From: the human T2T-CHM13v2.0 reference genome, Homo sapiens
Direction: 5' to 3' (one strand)
Assembly (NCBI RefSeq): GCF_009914755.1
Contig: NC_060933.1
Length of the DNA: 64,000 nt
Below, one piece after another: positions 43,770 through 57,115 of the stretch (positions within the stretch are counted from its first letter, which is position 1; each line of letters starts with the position of its first letter). Position numbers and translations under genes: made by a program. The notes under the pieces are model-generated. The model had not been told where the DNA came from. It worked only from the letters and a program-made list of their open reading frames with translations, and searched no databases.

Positions 43770-46200
43770 AAATGTTCACTTTACCGTTTTCACTTAAGAG
43801 AAACCCAAATCTCCCACAAATGCACTTCTTCCCTGGAAGCCTTCTCAAGTAATGACAGATTTTGCCATCATATTTATTAGCCACTTCTAACTCTGCGGGA
43901 CAGTATTCTCCATGCTCCTTATTGCTACTCACTGTCACCATGCTGACTCATTTCACTTTAAATTCATGACCTCTATCCTTTCATGAGCCATTACTGCAGA
44001 CTGGGGTTCATACCTGCTTTTTTCTCCTCAAGCCTTCAGTCATTCTTACGTTATCTTCACTATCACTCCATGACCTTATATTTTATTCTACTAAAGATAG
44101 AGGCCATCAAAAAAGAGAATTTCTCTATAAGTTCAAACTACCGCATCTATCCATTTGACAACATCTATGCTCATGCTGTTTCTTCTCTTCTACTACTATG
44201 AAAGCATTTTCTGTATTCTTTTTCCAAGGCCAACCTAACAGTGAAGCACCTAATTTAGTGCCTTCCACACACCCAAGGACATTTTCTCAGACATTATCCC
44301 AACTATTTCTTATGTCATCTATGTTTTCCTTCCAATATATTTTCATCAGCATAAACATGCTATGAAATCTCTTACCTTGAAGAAGAAAAATATATCCCTT
44401 GACCCCACATATACCTTCAGTTAAAACCACACATCTCCTTTGGTTGATAGTAAAACTTCTCAAAAGGGTAGTCTATAAACTTTTTGTCCTCCTGTTATGG
44501 ATAGAAGGCTTTCGAATCAAAATTTTACTAATTTAACTCAATGAAATTTTATTTTCTCAAGTGAACTATAATTTCCATGTGTTAAAAAGAAACCTCCATT
44601 CTCATTCCTCATATTACATGATTCAGATAATCACTACCTACTCCTTGAAACATTTTCTTCCCTTGGCCTCAGCATTGACTTCTGATACAACTATTACGAG
44701 TTATGTCAAACTGCACAAGTTAAGAATACAGTTCTCCATTAGTCTACCCTCACTTCAGACACAAGCCACAAGCCTGGAGTTCCCCAGACCACTCTCACTT
44801 CTGATCCGCTCTCTACAAATTAAGGAGTTCACACTACCCTCTAATAATTCACTAGATATAATGAATTCACTAGAATTCACTAGAGTAATTCATTAGAATG
44901 CCTGACAGAACTCAGGAAAGTGCTGTACTTACAAATATAATTTTAATAGCAAAAAGATACAAATCATTACCATTCAAAGAAATCTGCTCATAGGGCAAGG
45001 TGTGGGAGGGTCCCAAACAAACAGCTTTCTTGTCCTCAGGACTCATTACTCTCCTAGAACATCAGTGTGCAATAACATGTAGAGTACTGTCAATAAGGGA
45101 AGTTCATGTGAGTCTCAGTGTCCAGAGATTTTATTGGGCTTTCATTACATAGGCCTGATTGATTGAACCATTAACCCATTCAGTTTAATTTGATATCCAG
45201 CCTCCCTCTTCCCACCAGAGGTTGCATTGATATCACATGACTCAAAACTCCTCAACCCTCTAATCACATGGTTGGTGTTTCTGGTATGGCTCATTTCAAT
45301 CATGACTCATCTTATTGGCATAAGATACCTAGAGACCCAACATGAATAACATGTTCTTGTTCAAAAAATTTATTGAATAACAAAGACACTCCTATTACTT
45401 CAGAAATTCCAAGGATTTAGAGATCCCCTCTGAGGAACTTGGAATAAAGGCAGTTAAAATTATTTATTACACAGCCTCCCACATTTTCTTGGTTTTCCTC
45501 TGTCTTCACTGGCGGCTCCTTTCTCAGTTCTCTTAGCTGGTTATTTCTAAACTCTCCAGTATCTACCAGTGGACTGTCTCAGGATTTAATCCTTGTTACT
45601 CTATAATTAGCCAACCAGTTTTATGTCTTTAAATATTATCTACATGCTAAAACATTGCCAAATCTATATCTACAGCCCAGATTTTCCTTTTAAATGTAGA
45701 ATCATACCAGAAAGTACATATGTGACATTTTACTTTAATGTCTCATAGGCATCTCAAACTTTACAAGCCCCAAATTTCACTTCTGATCTTTTTTCCATTA
45801 ACTTACACTACTCGTTCTTACAACTACCTCCTCTGCATTCTCCCTCTATTGCTACTACCCTTGTCTATTTTAAAATCATATTTTACCGATATTATTAAAA
45901 CATTAACCTAATTCATTTTCTTACTTCTGACTTTCACCCTTCAACAGTTTATTCCCAATACAGAATATAGAAAAGGTCCAAACCTGTGCTCTAATTCTTC
46001 TCCATATTAGGTCTGCATTATAACACTTGCACTTTCTCTTTGAAACATTAATCTACCCATCACACTAAAAATGATTTTTTTTCATTGTTTACTTCACTGG
46101 AGTGCAAGCTAAATGAGCTTATGTCTATCATTCTTGCTCACAACTATATCATAGTGATAGAGAAGTTCTCAGTATATTTAATTTCAATTGAGATTAATTG
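43770..46200 (+). mobile_element. L2 (interrupted by MER21)
   Basis: L2 ORF2/3' motifs (agatagaggccatc, tccaaggccaacc, cttgacccca, aaaacttctcaaaagggtagtcta, ctccttgaaacatttt, ataggcatctcaaactt). Confidence 0.7.
44672..45473. mobile_element. MER21-family LTR
   Basis: ctcacttcagacacaagccacaag...cacttctgatc...acagaactcaggaaagtgctgtacttac...cagtgtccagagattttattggg...cagaaattccaaggatttag. Confidence 0.8.
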
Positions 46201-46422
46201 AATAAATATTTGGCTTCCTATGGGACTCAGAGATCCTGGAGCTCCAGTGTTGCACAATGTAATAATCTCCCTGAACGCTCCCTTTCCTTACTGTAAAATG
46301 CTAGAGCATCTAAAGAGGAGATCATCACCAAGATGGGCAGAGAGAAATGAGCATTTGAAAGAAGTTGTAGAGTAAGATGGCAGACTCAAAATCTAGGAAA
46401 TCTCATATTCAAAACATTTGAA

Positions 46423-46547
46423 GGCTGAAGCAGGAGAATGGCATGAACCCGGGAGGCAGAGCTTGCAGTGAGCCGAGACACTGCACTCCAGGCTGGGCGA
46501 CAGAGGGAGACTACGCCGCATAAAAAACAAAAAACAAACAAACAAAA
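46423..46547 (+). mobile_element. 5'-truncated AluY (right arm)
   Basis: ggagaatggcatgaacccgggaggcagagcttgcag (Y diagnostic); TSD aaaacatttgaa on both sides. Confidence 0.9.
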
Positions 46548-47961
46548 AAAACATTTGAAAGGAAAGACAGGTTCCTTCTTTCTGTAGCCAATAATAATTT
46601 TTTGAAAGCCAGATAAATCAAAATCAAACATATTCCATAAAATATTCCAATGATTAATGGAAATAGTATATATTCTTAAATTTAACTAAAATGAAATATT
46701 TAATTGAAATTTAACCAGAAATCAAAACCAGATCAAATCTAAGAAGCAAAAAGTTGCCAAAGATGAGATCCAGAAAAATTAGGCTTTTTTTATTTCTTGG
46801 AGAAAATTGTCTGGATCATGGTGGTGACATGTATTACTAATCTACTTTTTATAAAACAGCCATTGGAAAGCGGATTTCAGCTGATCACTGGTACCCTATG
46901 TCTCAGTGTTGTTGTGGCTATCTGTCCCAGTGTCTGCAAGGTCTTTACTGTAGTAGAATCAGCACTGGATATATTTCAAGAGTAAAAGGACTCCTAGAGC
47001 TATGAAAGCAAGTTAGGGATGTTATTTAGAGATTAAAATATAAGGGGTAAATCCTCACTTTTAAGCAAATTGTAGGAAATTATACTATACAAATTGTAGG
47101 AAAACATATCACTCATAGAACGATTAAAATGCTGCTTATAGGTGTTCTGTAAACTGAGCCATTCTTCATTTGAATATATCAATCTTGTAAGTATAAAATG
47201 ATCTTGTCTTCTCTAAAACTCTGATAAATATCAGATCTAGCATGCAGTCTAGCTCATATTTGCTTTGATGAAACTTAAGACCTCTTAATTCTATGTGGGG
47301 CTCTTTAATTTAACTTGGGGTTTGTGCCACGAGAGGAAAGATTCCTGAAATTTGAACATCCTATGGTAAAGAGAGCTGATTTTAGGCAGCCAAAGCTCTT
47401 CTAAGGGAGCTTTTATAATTCTCTCATTGAAGCCTCAATTTTAAGTGACTTAATTAGATTGTATTTTATGTTTGGTTTTAGTAAGAAAAAAAACAAAATA
47501 TTGGCATCTCATGGAGAATGCAGTGAAGTTACTAGAAAGATTATTGGAACCATGTATACTTTAAACATTTAACATTATTCTGTGTTTTTTGAAGGGTATC
47601 CATGCCAAAAAAAAAAAAAAAAAAAAAAAAAAACCGAAAGACTGAATAAAGCAAAACTAATATGAAAAGCAACTGTGAACTAGATTGTACGTTCAAAAAT
47701 TGTATTATAAGATTATAATGTTTAAAATTTTTGTATGCAACTTCTATTCACCTGTATAAAGAAGACATTCATTTGCACATATTTATAAGTAGGAGCACGT
47801 ATATCAACATCTCTTTGGTATTTATATTTCAGAAAAACACATAAAAACTTGAGCTCTTTTTATTTTTGCATTGGTCTCACTTCCATGTGTCCCTAAAGTA
47901 TTTTCAAAATGTTACCCGTTGATTTATAAAGTGATAAACATTCAACCATAAAAGGTTGAAT

Positions 47962-48425
47962 TTAGAGGCAGATGCCAGCAGTGCCCTGCTCCTAACAAGT
48001 TCATGCACTCTCCATCAGATAGCAAATGCACCTTCCTCCTCTCCTCTGTGTCCCCTGTGCACAGGAGCATGCTCTGCTCACTCATAGGTCAGGCTGGGAG
48101 TGTTAGGAGGTAGGATAGATAGTTAAGACTTCTGGGAGCAGCCCTCAAACAATGAGGAATAGGAGTTTGTAAATAAATACAGCCTCTTCCTCACCCTTTG
48201 GGAGAAATTACTCTGAGAGATGCTCTCCCTTGTCTCCCAGAAATCCCCCTCTGGATGGCACCTCAGTTGATGACAACTGGTTTGTTGACAGCTCCAGGCT
48301 GCCTGCCTTCTCTGTCTCACTACACCATTGCCCTACTGGTGCTTCCCTGGGATCAACTCCCTAATAAACAGTTTTTTTCTCACATCCTCATTTCAGGGTT
48401 TACTTCTGGGAAGAACCCAAAGCTT
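47962..48425 (+). mobile_element. LTR16-family ERVL LTR
   Basis: gggagcagccctcaaacaatgaggaataggagtttgtaaataaatac...ccctgggatcaactccctaataaac...ttctgggaagaacccaa. Confidence 0.75.
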
Positions 48426-49796
48426 TTATGAAAATGTAATCATCTGAGAAAGTAAAGGTGGGAGACGGTAGAGAAGGAAATACTGGAAAAGGAATAGCCA
48501 CAAAATGAAGAAATAGCCAAGTTAAAATATGATACTAATGAAAAATTAAGGAAGGAAAATACGAGATAAACCAGTGTAAGAAGAGGAAAAACACTATGGA
48601 GGCAAGCAAAAAGGGGAAGGCAAAAGTGATAATAAATTAGATTTAAAATACAAAAGTGAGAGAGAGTAAACAGTTAGAAAAAAAAAAGAACAAAATTATT
48701 TTTTACTAATTTCTTCTAGCTGCCATCCTCTTGTTATCCTGGCCAGGAAGCCAGGTAATCCAAACTACTGTGGTCACTGAGAAGCTGGAAGAGAATATAA
48801 GAGCTCAGATTCAGAGTTCTTTGGGCAGCCTAAGGACAGGCATCATGTATGAAAGAGAATCCAAGCTTCAAATCAGAAATGTGTGTTTAATGTGTATGTC
48901 AAAGAAATGAGGAGTCAGTGTACAGAGAACCAAAGAAGATGGACATGAGGGAGATCCAATCAGCATGACTGCATAAACAGTATACCTATACAAATCTCAG
49001 AAGAACTGGCTAATGAGCCTCACTTGACTTAAATTTCCATGAAAAAAAGAAACTGTGTCTGTTTCTCCTCCTCGTGGGCATTTGTTTTTCTTACTCTTAG
49101 ATAGTTTGGTAAGAACAGTAGTTTGGTAAGAATAGAATTGCAGAGTCTTAGGGTAAGTATATGACTACCTTCATAAACTACCAATCAGTTTTCCAAAATT
49201 GTTACACCATTTTACACTCCAGCCAGAAATGTACGAGAGTTCCAGTTGCTCCACATCTGCACCAACATTTGGTGCTGTCAGTTTTTTAACTATAACTGCA
49301 GTAGTGGGTGCAAAGTAATATTTTACAGTATAAATGTTAAATACAACATTTGCATGTTGAGAACATTTTCATGTGTCTGTAAGCTACTTATATCTCTTAT
49401 TTTATGAAGTGTTTATTTAAAAGTTTCCTTCTTTTTTATTGTTTTTCTCTTCCTTTTGGCAAGAAGACTTATAGCCCTGGTGATGATAAAGCAAATCTTT
49501 TTCATTAAAAACCACAATAAATGTTTTTTTCAAAGGTAACCACATTGTACTAAAATTGCATTTTTATTTTAGTTGATATAAAACAATTTTGAATGTAAAA
49601 TAGGTTTGTTGCAGATGCACAGTGCTTTTAAAATTTTTAAGGATTGTTTAATGTATGTATTGGTACCAACATAGAAATAAATCCTTGTGTAATTTCTAGC
49701 TTCCCACGGGCCTGATTTAGATTTTTTGTCTCAAATCTGACAAGATGAACAAGTCTTAAGTGTTATTCCTTATCTATTTCTCAAATTTAACAGATA

Positions 49797-49983
49797 GCTC
49801 TATTATTCAAACTCCAGTACCTAAGGATCTTAGACATGTGTTGTTTCTTACTTCTTTAATAACAAACTCATTGCCCCTGATCATACTAGGTGCTCTATTA
49901 TTCAAACTCCAGTACCTAAGGATCTTAGACATGTGTTGTTTCTTACTTCTTTAATAACAAACTCATTGCCCCTGATCATACTA
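49797..49983. repeat. Perfect tandem duplication, 92 bp x2 with a 3-nt spacer
   Basis: 49797-49888 is identical to 49892-49983; spacer ggt. Confidence 0.97.
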
Positions 49984-50152
49984 TCAACATAACTATAGTT
50001 ATTTTATTTAAATTGTATTGTCTGTAAACATCAAGTATTGTGAAAATATTAGGATAAGAAATGTTACATAAAGTATACTCTAGGTTAAAGAGTAATGTCA
50101 CTTTTATATACAGATTACAGTTTACTAACAGCTTTCCAAAAGTATACCAGGG

Positions 50153-50510
50153 TGATATGGTTTGGGTGTGTCCCCATCCAAAACTCATCTTGAATTGTAG
50201 ATCCCATAATTCCCACATGTTGTGGGAGGGAATCAGAGGGGAGATAATGGAATCAAGGGTGGCTCTTTTCCCCATAGTGTTCTTTTGGTAGTGAATAAGT
50301 CTCATGAGATCTGATGACTTTATAAGGGGAAACCCCTTTAGCTTGGCTGTCATTCTTTTTGCCGACTGCCATGTAAGACGTGACTTTCGCCTTCTGCCAT
50401 GATTGTGAGGCCTTCCCAGCCATGTGGAACTGTGAGTCCATTAAACCTCTCTCTTTTATAAATTACCCAGTCTCAGATATGCCTTTATTAGCAGCATGAG
50501 AACTAATACA
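50153..50510 (+). mobile_element. THE1B-like solo LTR
   Basis: tgatatggtttgggtgtgtcccc...gagaactaataca; exact 5-bp TSD caggg. Confidence 0.95.
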
Positions 50511-51788
50511 CAGGGTATAAAATTTCATGTATCTCATTACATTCTAGTCAACACTGAATTGAAGGATCAGAGTCATGGAATTTTAGAGATCAATTGGACT
50601 CAAAAGACTCTTTAGCATAGTGCTTAAGTATTTAATATTTGCATATTAATGAGCTTGGCAGACACATTTACTGATACATTTAAGTAAATATATTTTTAAA
50701 TGATTAGTGACTATTAAACTTTATCTTGATATTTAAGTAACAATTTCATACCAATGAAAGAGAGAATACAGAACTGCATATTTTATTCAATGAGTCACTT
50801 TTGAGCCAAAATCAAGTTTGAACTAATAGAATATTACCAAAAACAAGACTAATCAAAAATGCATACTGCACAAACTTAAGCAATAAGGTATAATTTATAT
50901 AAAAATATATTTCAAATGCAAACTGCAATTTACATTGTGAGAGAAAGTTAAAGTCAAATATTTTAAAGCATGTGTCCAACCCTTAAAAAGTTAGTGATTT
51001 AAGAAAATAATGGAATTTCTTTGTAAATCATTATGGGTTTTATATTTCAAAATTTTGCAATGCACACGGATAAAATTGTTTGCTCTGTCTTCTTCTGTTA
51101 CTATTGAATCATGGTAGCAGTCTTCATAAGACATGTTTTAGTTTAATATATAATCATTTTAAACTTATTCAAAAAGGAAACATCGTTTAAGAACTAGAAT
51201 TTCATGAAGAACCATTTTAGCCAGAAACAAGCCAATAAGGATTGAATCTTCTTTGACTGGTAAAAAAATGATTAATAGAAAGTTTTACTCACTGAAAAGA
51301 GATAACAAATGTTTCATCTTGAATACCAACTCTCATTAGTCAATAGTAGCTGATTGGAGCACCATTTGAGAGAGATTGAAAGCTCTATCTAGGCTCAGAG
51401 GGAAAGAATGACATGGCTTTGTTAACAACGGCCACCACAAGCATGAGACGTAAGAGTGCCACATATATCCTGGACCTCTTTTATAATCTTTTTGTTGCAA
51501 GTCCTTCATTCAATGTAATTGTGCAATTGAAAAGGATACATGAGCCGTGCTCTTTTTCTGCTTATAGAAAGTGAAATGAAGTAACACCAAACTTTCAGTC
51601 TTTGACCACAAAATCTCAATCATCTTTTTTAAGAATTCTTTTTAAACTTTGACAAAGTGGCTATGGGAGCATTGATTTGCTAGCTTTATTGGAACAGATG
51701 CTCTGCCTTGATAAGAAAATCATCAAAAGTATGGAGTATATAAATTTCTAATAGGAGTATAGAACTACATTTATTTTTTTAAAAACCT

Positions 51789-52000
51789 GTTTGGTTAAAA
51801 ACAATAGTTACTTTTCTCTGGAGATAAAGAATGAAAGATTTCATTGCTATAACTTTTTCCTGACTTCTGTTCAGTGGTCTTGTGGCTTTAGCTTAGCCAT
51901 GTTTTGTAGTTCTGATCTCAGACCACATTAAGAAACAGTGGCTTCAGGATTTCTATACAGAAAGGTAGGAGCAGTGATTGAAATATGAGACAGATGACAT
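51789..52000 (+). repeat. Dispersed direct repeat, copy 1 (~210 bp)
   Basis: Aligns with 54036-54247 at roughly 80-85% identity by eye. Confidence 0.92.
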
Positions 52001-53656
52001 TCCTTGAAGTGTTTCACATAGCATAATGGTGTTTTACTCAATTATGTATTTATTTGTGGTGTGTTGATGAAGACAGTGGGGTGGCCAATGCCCTCTCAAG
52101 CCATTGCATTTGAGAAATATGAATGTGTTCATACAACATTTTCCTTTGATGTTTAGATAGTGGTTAAGAAAATGGTTACCTTACGTGAAATAAGCTGGAT
52201 GTCATTAGAAGAAACACACTGATCATTTACCTAGTGATAGCTGCATTAAAGGAACTTCTGATGCCTTTTTGCATGACCTAAGTGATCTGGGCTTGTTTAT
52301 TTTTGTTTGTATTTTGACAAAATAATATGTTTCTGGAGCTTTTATTTATTTCCAGTAGCAGAGTAAAGGAGTTATGTGATAACTCACTACATCTGGTCTT
52401 CCACATAACAGAGCAAAGATTCTATGGTACTCAATTCCAGTCTACAGTCTTTTATGTAAATTTCTTTCAACACATAGAGCATAATCAATTTTCTAAAAAG
52501 AATTAAATCTAAATCTCTGGGGTTATTCCTTTCTGACCTATGGCTAGTCTCATATAAAACAAATACCAAAACAAAATATGTTCAATAATGACTTATGAGT
52601 CAACAGTGCTTCAAGTATTCATTTTTGGGGTTTAACAATAAATTTTTAAAAGATCTGTCAAAGCTTAATACACACATAATTGAAACAGTAAAGGGAAAAA
52701 GAATATTTTGTCTTCTGATTCCAAACACGTTTTGTTGCAGTGAGGAAATATTACAACTATTGTTCAGTGATTTAGTGTGTTATTGCAACATTATATAACA
52801 CAGAACATTTATTGTTACAGAAAGTGCTTTTCACTTTAAAAGTCTAAGTCATAAAAAGTTGTGCACCCGGTTATCATTTACCTTTTCCTTAGGTACATTA
52901 CTTTTCATACGCTTTCATTAGTGCTTCGCTCCCTAGCGTGCAAGTAACTTAAAATCTACTTGCCAAAACCCAGCTGAGGGGGAAAAAAAAGGAGTTATTC
53001 CTGCTTCATTTCTTTAAGTTGGAACAAAGCATTTTGCAAGAGATGGTAGTTGTAAAAGAGCCAGACAGAGAAGGCTATAAAGTGTGGCTAGCAAGCATAG
53101 GATTGCTTTCCCTGATTTGCAAGGCTTAATAGGCTTCAGGCAATTAATAGCCGCTATTACAGTTTTATGTGATCTTAATTTCGCATAGTGCCCTTACAAT
53201 GACCACTCTAAAATGCATGGTTAATCTTTTCTCACACACAAATCCAGATATTTGCTTTTGATACAAGTGGCTTTGTTGTTGTTGTTATTCTTCGGGAAAG
53301 AACTTACTTGAGGTAATTGTCTTAAATCACTTGCCCAAAACTTGAAGATTGAATGAATCTGTCTTTTTCTGCTTATGTGTCACTTCAGATGATCTGATGT
53401 CTGTTCCTTGCTACATTTCAGGGAAATTAGTTAATGTCAGTGAGAAGTTTCTATATGCTCTAAAAATATCAGATTTGGGGATCAGCAGTAAAGCTCCTGT
53501 TTTATTGTCTGCCTTAATCTGGTAACATTTGCAAAATTGCAGTATAAAAAGACAAATACAGTAGAAAACTTGGATAAGTACATCCAGGTGACCAAACCAT
53601 TTTCTTGGATTTTTCCCTCCAGTTCCAAAAAAAAAAAAAAAAACAAAAAGCAAATG

Positions 53657-53910
53657 TGATGGCTCATGCCTGTAATCCTAGCACTTTGGGAGGCCGAGTC
53701 AGGTGGAGGATTACTTGAGGTCAGGAGTTCAAGACCAGCCTGGCCAACATGGCGAAACCCCGTCTCTACAGAAATACAAAAAAATTAGCCAGGCATGATG
53801 GCAGGGTGCCTGTAATCCCAGCTACTCGGGAGGCTGAGGCAAGAGAATCGCATGAACCTGGGAGGTGGAGGTTGCAGTGAGCCAAGATTGAGTGAGACTC
53901 CGTTTCAAAA
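53657..53910 (+). mobile_element. AluS (Sx/Sz-like), with deletions
   Basis: ttgaggtcaggagttcaagaccagcctggccaacatgg; TSD aaaagcaaatg on both sides. Confidence 0.9.
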
Positions 53911-54035
53911 AAAAGCAAATGCAAAAAAGGTCACTCAAGTTGGAACTTTTCAAGTTGGAGTTACTGAATATTGAGTGTCAGCAAAGGGCTCCTTACTGTA
54001 TCAACATCAACATTTAAAAAAAATTTTTTTTTTTT

Positions 54036-54247
54036 TTTGGTTAGAAACAATAGCTACTTTTCTCTGGAGGTAAAATATAAAAGATTTTATTGCTACTACT
54101 TTTTCCTGACTTCCAGACAATTGTTTTGTGACCTTAGCTTAGCCACATTTTGTAGCTATAATCTCAGACCACATTAACAAACAGTGGCTTTAGGATTTCT
54201 ATGCAGAAAAGCAGCAGTGATTGATTTGTAAGAGACAGGGATGACAT
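54036..54247 (+). repeat. Dispersed direct repeat, copy 2 (~210 bp)
   Basis: Aligns with 51789-52000. Confidence 0.92.
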
Positions 54248-54342
54248 CTAGAAAGCTGAGTTATTTAAAAATATTAATTGGATGAGTTTGTTTAAAAACA
54301 AACATTTAAAATGATTTGACACCAGATGAAAACAGTGAGGAA

Positions 54343-54775
<433 letters not shown>

Positions 54776-55519
54776 TCACAGTGTTTAAAGGGCAATGGGG
54801 GTGGATAAGATTGAGATGGAAAAGGTTATATTTGTGCTCGTTTCATACCTCCCTCAGAAAAAGGGCCTGCTTTTAGAATTAGCCCTGGAGTGCTCAATCT
54901 GAGCTTACTGTCCCTCCTGTAAGACGTTTACTCTGTTTTGTTTTCTGTTTGACTTTGATTTCAAAGACCAGAAGGACTTTATTTGGGTAGAAGGCAAGAA
55001 AAAGCCTTTTTCATTGTTAAATGGATAGGTTTACTAGACATCAAATCCTTCTTCAAATTCTAAGAAGTTGAGGATGTCCTTCTATCTCTGAAACCCATTA
55101 GACATTGTCAGAATAGGGAATTATTAATTTTTGTTCCAAATATTTCCAGTATTATTGAATCAGTCTTTTGTTTAGTTTTACAACTCAATTGCTTTGTTCT
55201 CTGCTTTCACTCCCCAATATGGCTCTGCCCACTTTACATCCAGCTGCCCAAATGCAAGGGTTACAAGGTTGGCTGCAGGTGCAGCTGAAAGTAAAATGTT
55301 CCCTTACTTAGTACTGCAACATGTACTCTTCCTTTAGTAAATCTTTGTGTCCCACAAACAAAATTTACTTATCAGTTAGTTGTATCATTGTATACCCTAC
55401 CCTACACCCCAGGAAAGTAAGAACAGGTCCAAATTTGAATCTCTGGAATTGTGAATGTCACAAACAAAGTAGTCCATGACTGTGTGGGTTAAGTGTTTTC
55501 CCAATCCCCTGGAACATAA

Positions 55520-55848
<329 letters not shown>

Positions 55849-56418
55849 AAAATTTTCAATTCTTAAATAGGAGGTCTGTCTCTAGATTCAACCTTACTGG
55901 TATCTTTTCTTATCCTTCTCTATTTGCTACTCCTCACTATACTCCGCTTTGCTCTGTGTCTTCAGAAACTGATTTTCCTTTGCTGTGGGCCAGTGAAGGT
56001 GGAGAGTGGCATCAAAGTATTTAGAGTTCTACTCCCTATCCCAGGCTGCATCATGAACTGAATGTCACAGATCCCATCACTCAGGTCTCATAGTCATCTC
56101 CAGAAGAGCTTCTCTTTCCAGTTCGCTGTAATCACTCCTTCCCATTTCCCCTACTCCTGCTCTTCATATACTCTGTCTCTTGTGGTTTCCCTACATTCTA
56201 TCCACATATTTATAGAGTGGCTTTTTATCAGTTTCTCCTCCAATAACCTAGTTTTACCATATCTTTTTTAGCTAACAGTCCCTGACTGATACACCACAAA
56301 CAGCCTTTCCTCTTCTCCTCTTTGGCCATGATCTTCTAGGAAAGTGCAGAGAGCCAGTGCCTTCACATAGAGTGTGCCCGATAGGAGTGAGTCAGTGGGC
56401 TAAAGAGAAGTCCACTGG

Positions 56419-56460
56419 GCACGCGCGCGCGTGTGTGTGTGTGTGCATGTGTGCATGTGT
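56419..56460. repeat. (CG)n(TG)n alternating purine-pyrimidine tract
   Basis: gcacgcgcgcgcgtgtgtgtgtgtgtgcatgtgtgcatgtgt, 42 nt of strict RY alternation. Confidence 0.95.
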
Positions 56461-56702
56461 TTCGGGGTGAGGTAGGGTGGTTATCTAGAAAAAAGGGAAA
56501 TCTCAAAATAAAATCGTACTCTACCATATAAAGTAGATGGGCCTTGGCTTCAATGTAACCACTTGTTACTACACATACTCACATTTTCTTTGATAAAGAC
56601 TGATTCAGTGATTGAATGGAAATCACACATGACCATTTAATGAGTCATGCTCTTTTATTTTATCTTTTCTATTTTTCAATGTAAAATGGTGAAATGTAGA
56701 AC

Positions 56703-57115
56703 ATTTGAGTTGCCTAGGGCTGCAGTAACAAATTACCACAAACTAGGTGGCCAAATAAAATGAAATTTATTCACTCACAGTTGAGGATGCCAAAAGTTCA
56801 AAGTCAAGGAGTTGGCATGGTTGGTTCATTTTGAAGGCTCTGAGGGAGAATATAATCTTGGCATTCCTTAGATTATACCTGAATCACTACAATCTCTGCC
56901 TCCATCATTGCAAGAACTTCCTTTCCATGTGTCTCTCTGTGGGTTTTCTCCTGTTCTTATAAGGACACCAGTCATTGGCTTTAGGGCCCACTCTAATCCA
57001 GTACTACTTCATCTTAACTTAGGTAATTACATTTGCAAAGGCCATATTTTCAGATAAGTTCCTAATGTGAGGTTCTCTAGGGGCATGAATTTTGGAGAGA
57101 GGCAAACCCACTATA
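56703..57115 (-). mobile_element. MLT1B/C-type LTR
   Basis: agggctgcagtaacaaattaccacaaactaggtggc...ttcttataaggacaccagtcattgg...ttagggcccactctaatccagta. Confidence 0.85.

Noticed and set aside
47607-47633. Orphan A27 run as a possible retrocopy tail
   Set aside because: No TSD, no upstream poly-A signal and no recognisable upstream element; treated as a mononucleotide microsatellite.
49102-49135. 17-bp near-perfect doublet (and a 14-bp spaced repeat at 47067-47104) as a CRISPR-like or functional array
   Set aside because: Only two copies each, in eukaryotic DNA; ordinary slippage microduplications.
53559-53966. Possible ancient Tigger-like MITE (cagtagaaaacttgg...caagttggagttactg) around the Alu
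   Set aside because: The terminal inverted repeats are too degenerate and the right TA duplication is missing.
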